A stretch of DNA of 64,000 nt from the NCBI RefSeq assembly GCF_009914755.1, contig NC_060928.1. One strand, given 5' to 3'. The position numbers were made by a program, and so were the translations under genes. Source of the stretch: the human T2T-CHM13v2.0 reference genome, Homo sapiens. This document shows, one piece after another, positions 58,031-64,000 of the stretch. The notes under the pieces were generated by a model. It had not been told where the DNA came from and made no database searches. It saw only the letters and a program-made list of their open reading frames with translations. The number at the start of each line of letters is the position of its first letter. The stretch's first letter is position 1.

Positions 58031-60796
58031 ATGAATGACTCTCTACTCTTGTGTATTTTTATTACTTCCAAGGGAACAGTTGGACTTGGTGGTTCCAATG
58101 ATCTTCCTTTACTTCATGAAGTCTTTAGTGGCAGAAAATTTGTGCTAGTCATATTTGTTGACAGTGTCATTTCTAGAATAATCTGAAATGTGTTATGTAT
58201 TCAAATCATATTTATGAATTGACCTGAAATGATTTTAATATTATCTGTCTCACAATTCATAAGCAGGTAACTTTTCATAAATTATCACACTTTGTAATTT
58301 TGTTATAACCACTCTATATTAGAATTATGACTAACTCATACACCCTTGAATGTGTTAGGAATATTTTCAAAGTCTAAGATCATGGTATATTAACTTGCAA
58401 AACACTGAAAATAAAATGGTGATTTTTAAAGTATTTTTGCATTTAGAAGACATACATATTTTTAGTCTAGCAACACAAAAATATATCAAAATTATTTATT
58501 TATATAAATACATACATTAATGCATTTTCCCCCATTTTCTGCTCTTTTCCACATTCTTACTAAACATTCTTTTACATGTTCTATTTTAGAACAGTAGCAA
58601 AATTGGGAAAGAAGACATAATTTGAGACAAACTGCTTCATATTTCTAGCATTACTTTAAGGAAATCATGGAAGTCGCTATAATATCAAGAATTAAATTTG
58701 GATCTAGGTTTATGTTGAGTTTTTTTCTCTTGAGTGGAATAGTTTTTTTCTTCCAGCTTAATGAAAAAGTTTTGATGGTATCCTAGGTGTCAATTTCATT
58801 TAGAAGTCTAAATTAAAAAACAAAAAACAAACCTTGTTTTAGTTATAAGTCATTTAAATTGGTTTCACTATTTTACTTAAGTAAAAAGCAGCTTTTAGTT
58901 AACATATTTTGGAGAGACATACATTAAATTTCTAATAAAACTGTATACCTATTTTACATATGTATAATTGGTATTCAAATTTGCACACAACTACTGCTAA
59001 AATTGCTATAATTGTGTTTGCAAGTGTGGCTGAGAAAGCTCAATGCCTGAGGAAGAGCCATTTTCACGATTTTTTACAATTCTTTCCTATAGCTTTTTAT
59101 AGAACTGAATTGTCTTACTGTTTTCTAGTTAGTTTCAGCTTCCACCTTATAGTCCGGCGTGCTTACATCTTCCCTAACTTGGAAACTGCTAATTAGTGAA
59201 GACAAATCTATCTGTTTATTGCAGTTCTTTTCAGGTGTTTAGGTGTTCTAAGTTGTGTGAATTTTGCTTTGAGTTGTATTGCACTTTCTTTGTATCCTTT
59301 CTGTCTGTGTGCAGTTCTCAGGTCTGAAATAAGGAACTCTATTGAAAGACATTTTAGGTGCCCACTGATTACATTGGAACACAATAATATTTCAAGTCAT
59401 GGATCTTTTAGGAATTAAGTGTCTATAATTTGGTTTGCAGTGGAAGGAAAATATTCATTGTTCAATGTTCATTGACCTAAAGCATATAAATTAATGGCAA
59501 TATTATTGCTAAACAGAATGCCTACCTAGCTCTATAGGACACACACATAAAATCTTTAATGCAAAATCTGTATTTGTGAATGAATTGATGAAGATATCTG
59601 TGGCCAGCTTGTGAAACTGGGAAAGATTTGTTTGTTTCTGCAGTCCTCTGCTTCTCTGCGGTAAGAATGCCTGCTTGAAACAAAAATGTGTTCAGTTCAC
59701 AACTCAAATACTTCGGAAGTTCTGTTGGAATTTACATTGACTAGGAATGTTGCTGGGAAACCACTCATTCTAAAAGAAAATTGTGTCTAATTACATACTT
59801 TTTCCCAACATTTATGTTATGTTGTTTTACAAGTCACTTCCTTAATTATTTACAAATAAATTATTATGAAATTTATAATATCACCTATACTATTGATAGA
59901 TGTAGGGCAGCATGATTATATTGTTACAAGCATCATTAATAGTACACTGTTCCCAAACCTCACTGATTCTTCTCTTTTCTCATTTAGTGTCTTATAAAGA
60001 GAGGATATAATGTGATAAATTTCCAGACAGGCAATTAGTGACCTACTGTTCTTTCTATCATATGGAAAAGTTAACACAACCTTTTTCTATAGACCTATTG
60101 CCCCACAGTTTTTTTTGATAACACACTCTATCAATCATTGAAATATTTTGGACAAATATTTCAACACGTTTATTTATTTATGAAATGTGTAATTCTGCTT
60201 CTTTACTTATGGATTATATACTTTGTAAACCATCACAAAATACAGATGAGTTAATGATTATTGAGAATTATTTTAATTAATATGTGCAATTATACTTCAA
60301 ATGATCATTTTGATGACTTAGAAAAAATCTTGCTGACCTCTTATCCTTTCAATTTAGACTGTCATCGCTTTTGTCTTATAGTGTGGCCTATAAAAATAAT
60401 GAATTTGGTTTATAAATATCAGTGCTACAAATTTTTGATGGTTGATTTTATGTGAATTATTAAATCTTATATTATTTTTAATACATGTTTATTTGGCAGA
60501 AATATTTGTAAGCAACTCGTATAGTTTGTGAGTTTGCTTAATTAAAACTATAAATCATAGTGTGTAAGTCCACTCAACTATGCACATGCAAACTTCAAGA
60601 AGTCACCAAATGCTTAGGAAAATAAAAGATTAAGTGTGACACTGTCAGTTTCTCCAGGATGTGGAGCTTCTACACTTTACACAAGACACATTGCATGCCA
60701 TCTGTGACATGCTGACCACTCAAAAAGGGATGAAGCAGGGAACCTATGTCTGTATATTCAAACACTCCAAAGAATTTACAAATAGCCTCCTTAGAC

Positions 60797-61937
60797 CAGT
60801 TGTCTTCTAACTGGAGTATACATACCCTGGGGTTATAAGATAAAAGCACAGATGGTTTTAAGGAAATTAATTTTCCAATCCTCACTTCTGTATATATTAT
60901 AAGACTGATAAGGCTTCTGAATCAGGCAACTCCTTTCCTTTCTCTTTCTCAATTAAGATTATTCCCACTTTATACCAAAAAGGAATACTTCTCATCTATT
61001 CAATGGCTAATTACTTTGTATTGTGCCAAGCTGTAAATTTTTCCAGTGTTTTACACACACACACACACACACAATCATACACAGATGCACACAGGATAAA
61101 CCAGATATTGATGTCAGAATTGGGAAAATGAATAATTCTGATGACTAGAAAACAAATGCTTTTTCAGGTGTTTTTTAAATCACACTTTTCAACAAAATTG
61201 AAGGAGAACCAAATTTAGTGATTTAATAATTTTATCAGAGACAGTTCATTAAATGTATTTTAATGGGAAATCAGCAACGATTTTTGGTACAAAACTCAGG
61301 GTTTAAGGATTCGGTTACATGCTTATCACAAATACTTTTGTTCTATCTATTTACTTATATGAATATAGATTCTTCATGCTCAGACCTATTTTTTCATAAA
61401 GAAATGGAATGGATGTTGCACTCTGCATTGTTCTCATGATAAATAAAATTCATCTATGGATACATGATAGAAGATCTTTGATCAACTGTATGTTACTTTT
61501 ATGTGTAATAGGAAAGACATGTCAAGCTAGAATAACTTTTTAAAAACTCTTTACTTTTTACTATCTTATGCTCCTAGGAAATTTTAAAAAATGATTTTAA
61601 ATTTAAACATATATTTTATATCATAGAGAAGCAATGAAAGAGTTTAAACAAAATATTTAAGTGTATTATATACAGTCATTTGAAAATCCTATGGAGGAAT
61701 TGGGATTTAATTTTGATCTAAAGACAAAAACAAACATGTGCAACTCATGTATTTTAAATCTGTGGTGCTGTGTGTTGAGTGTCATTGATAGTTAGATCCC
61801 ATTGGATGTGATTAAAGGACTGACATAATATGTCCACTTTTAAATACGAGTATTTAAAAGAAGCAAAATTTCAATGTCTTAGCCACTTTAAACTGTTACA
61901 ATTTAATCATCAACCTGGAAACTTTTTGAGACCACTT
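60797..61937 (+). mobile_element. hAT-Charlie DNA transposon fossil
   Basis: Begins cttagac|CAGT and ends ttttgagaccact. 61346-61372 translates SIYLYEYRF, resembling the STYLCExGFS hAT dimerisation motif. Confidence 0.55.
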
Positions 61938-62061
61938 ATTTTATTCTGAATTCTTATGGTAGTATATAAGGAAAATGCATGCTTGTAAAAATCACTGCTT
62001 TAGATTAACATCATTAAAACATCAATCTATATTAGAACTTACTAATGATAAGATCAAATCA

Positions 62062-62358
62062 GGCGGGGCTTGGTGGCTCATGCCTGTAATCCCAGCACTT
62101 TGGGAGGCCGAGGCAGGCGGATCACGAGGTCAGGAGATCGAGACCATTCTGGCTAACATGGTGAAACCCCATCTCTACTAAAAATACAAAAAAATTAGCC
62201 GGGCGTGGTGGCAGGCGCCTGTAGTCCCAGCTACAGGAGGTTGAGGCAGGAGAATGGCGTGAACCCAGGAGGCAGAGCTTGCAGTGAGCCGAGATGGTGC
62301 CACTGCACTCCAGCCTGGATGACAGAGCGAGACTCCGTCTCAAAAAAAAAAAAAAAAA
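62062..62358 (+). mobile_element. AluY-like
   Basis: gatcacgaggtcaggagatcgagacc, with an A-tail and aaatca on both flanks. Confidence 0.94.
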
Positions 62359-63479
62359 TCATATTTTAACCATTACGTAAGTGTACTTGTATATTGTAAT
62401 GGAGAGAGAGAGAGAGAGAAAGATAGCGTGTATGAATATGAGAGAATGACAGAAGATTTAAAACCAATAGTTATTTTACTGGAATAGGTTTAATTACTGG
62501 TATTCTTGAATGCAATCAACAGTAATTCTGTGTTGTGTTTTCTAGATTAGAAGAATTGCTGCTATCTAATGCATCATGTGTTTGAGAATAGACTTCTATG
62601 TCAAAGTAAATTTTTTAAAGTATAATTGCTTTATTATAATTACTATTACTGCTGCTATTACTATGATGAATTATGTTAGGGCACAGGAAATTTAACTAAT
62701 TTTTCATGGGTCATTATACAGCACTGTCCATTGGTCACATTTGTAAGGCCATATGTGATTTTAACATCCTTTCTGGACTTAAAACTATTACATTATCTGG
62801 AAAGAATATTATTATATATTTAAAAATTCTGCTTTCATTGATGCTTCTAAATAGTTTCAGATACCAAATTGCTGTTTTCATAACATCTCTGCTTTAAATT
62901 GAAAAAAAAAGACTTCTCAACTTAAGTTCTCTTTGCTTCTAGTTGGTAAGAAACAAAGTTTTTCAATAAACAAAAATTACACAGATGAATACACATATTG
63001 CATTTTAGAATGAAGACATAATGTAACAGCATTATTCACTTAGGGAACATAGAAAAAATAAGTGATTAAAATAATCCTATTATCCAAATGTCATGATCTA
63101 CACTGATTTACTCTATGAAAGGATAGAAAATCAGAAAATTTAAAAATCAATTCAAAAGTTAATACATTAATAAAAGTAAGATCATTTTATTATACTTTGC
63201 CCCAATGATGTTCAAAATGTTATTTATAATAATGATGACTTTTTTGGTTATATTATAACAGAAATATTAAAATAAGAGAAATAGTGTCTATATTGTATAT
63301 TTTATGTTTTCTTTGTGCCACTTATTTTGTATATGCTGTTCTTTTTAATATTTATAATATTTTGACTATATTTTCTTTGTGCTACTTATATCTAATGTGT
63401 GTGCATATCTCTGACTGTATTTTCTCTCTTTTTTGTTTGTTTGTTCCTGGTCACACAAATGGACTACGGTTGCCAGGCA

Positions 63480-63800
63480 TTTTTAGTGATGTGTGGCCTC
63501 ACCACTTAAATCCAGTTTATTGAATCTGAAGTGATTTGCTCCTCTTTCTGGACTACACAATAAACACCCTCCAACGTCCCCAGCCATGCTCTTCCCATCA
63601 TTTGGCTGAAAGGGGAGGAATTCAAGGCCTTAGAGTGGGGAAGCTACAATTTGGAAGAATCCTGGAAGCACAGATTACCCTGTGAAGCAGCATCCCCATG
63701 AGGGTCTCTTTCTTCTGTGATATAAGCAAGAAATAAATGAATTGTGCAAATCCAGTGAGATTTAGTCATCTCTGTGTTAAATCAGTTAGCTACTCTGGCT
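63480..63800 (+). mobile_element. MLT1-type MaLR LTR remnant carrying AATAAA
   Basis: The 3' signature aagaaataaa...ttgtg...ccagtgagattt...gtta resembles MLT1 LTR ends. Confidence 0.5.
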
Positions 63801-64000
63801 CATACATCATCTTCTGGCTGCTTTTGACTCATAGCTTGGTTAAGATGAGGTTATCTAAGGTGTTCATCATTTCAAACCGTCCTTCTTAATATTGCCAAGA
63901 TAATTTTTACGTCAAACAGCCATTTAATGGCAGCTTATTTCTAAATTATTCCTATCTTTCACAGTCTTAATATAGTTCACATTATGACCCTAACTCCATT

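Overview
Primate (very likely human) AT-rich, repeat-dense genomic DNA covering the 5' end of EPHA5 (ephrin type-A receptor 5) on the minus strand. Coding exon 1 (39917-40097) sits in a CpG-island promoter, intron 1 is ~26.1 kb, and the 65-bp exon 2 is at 13728-13792; the rest of the gene lies left of the window. Plus-strand splice and poly(A) signals fit an overlapping head-to-head antisense lncRNA (the known EPHA5-AS1), apparently ending in an MLT1-type LTR near 63.75 kb. The remainder is intronic/intergenic sequence with Alus, L1, L2/MIR, ERV1/MaLR LTRs (including a full THE1 provirus) and hAT DNA transposon fossils. Nearly all ORFs in the supplied track are spurious. I see no clear new protein-coding system. 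The most unusual signal is a ~420-bp mosaic at 1883-2303 stitched from three nearby templates. Other points of interest are a single 12-codon uORF overlapping an antisense splice donor, closely spaced inverted Alus and several candidate enhancers. Repeat subfamily names are recognised from memory of the consensus sequences and most repeat boundaries are approximate.
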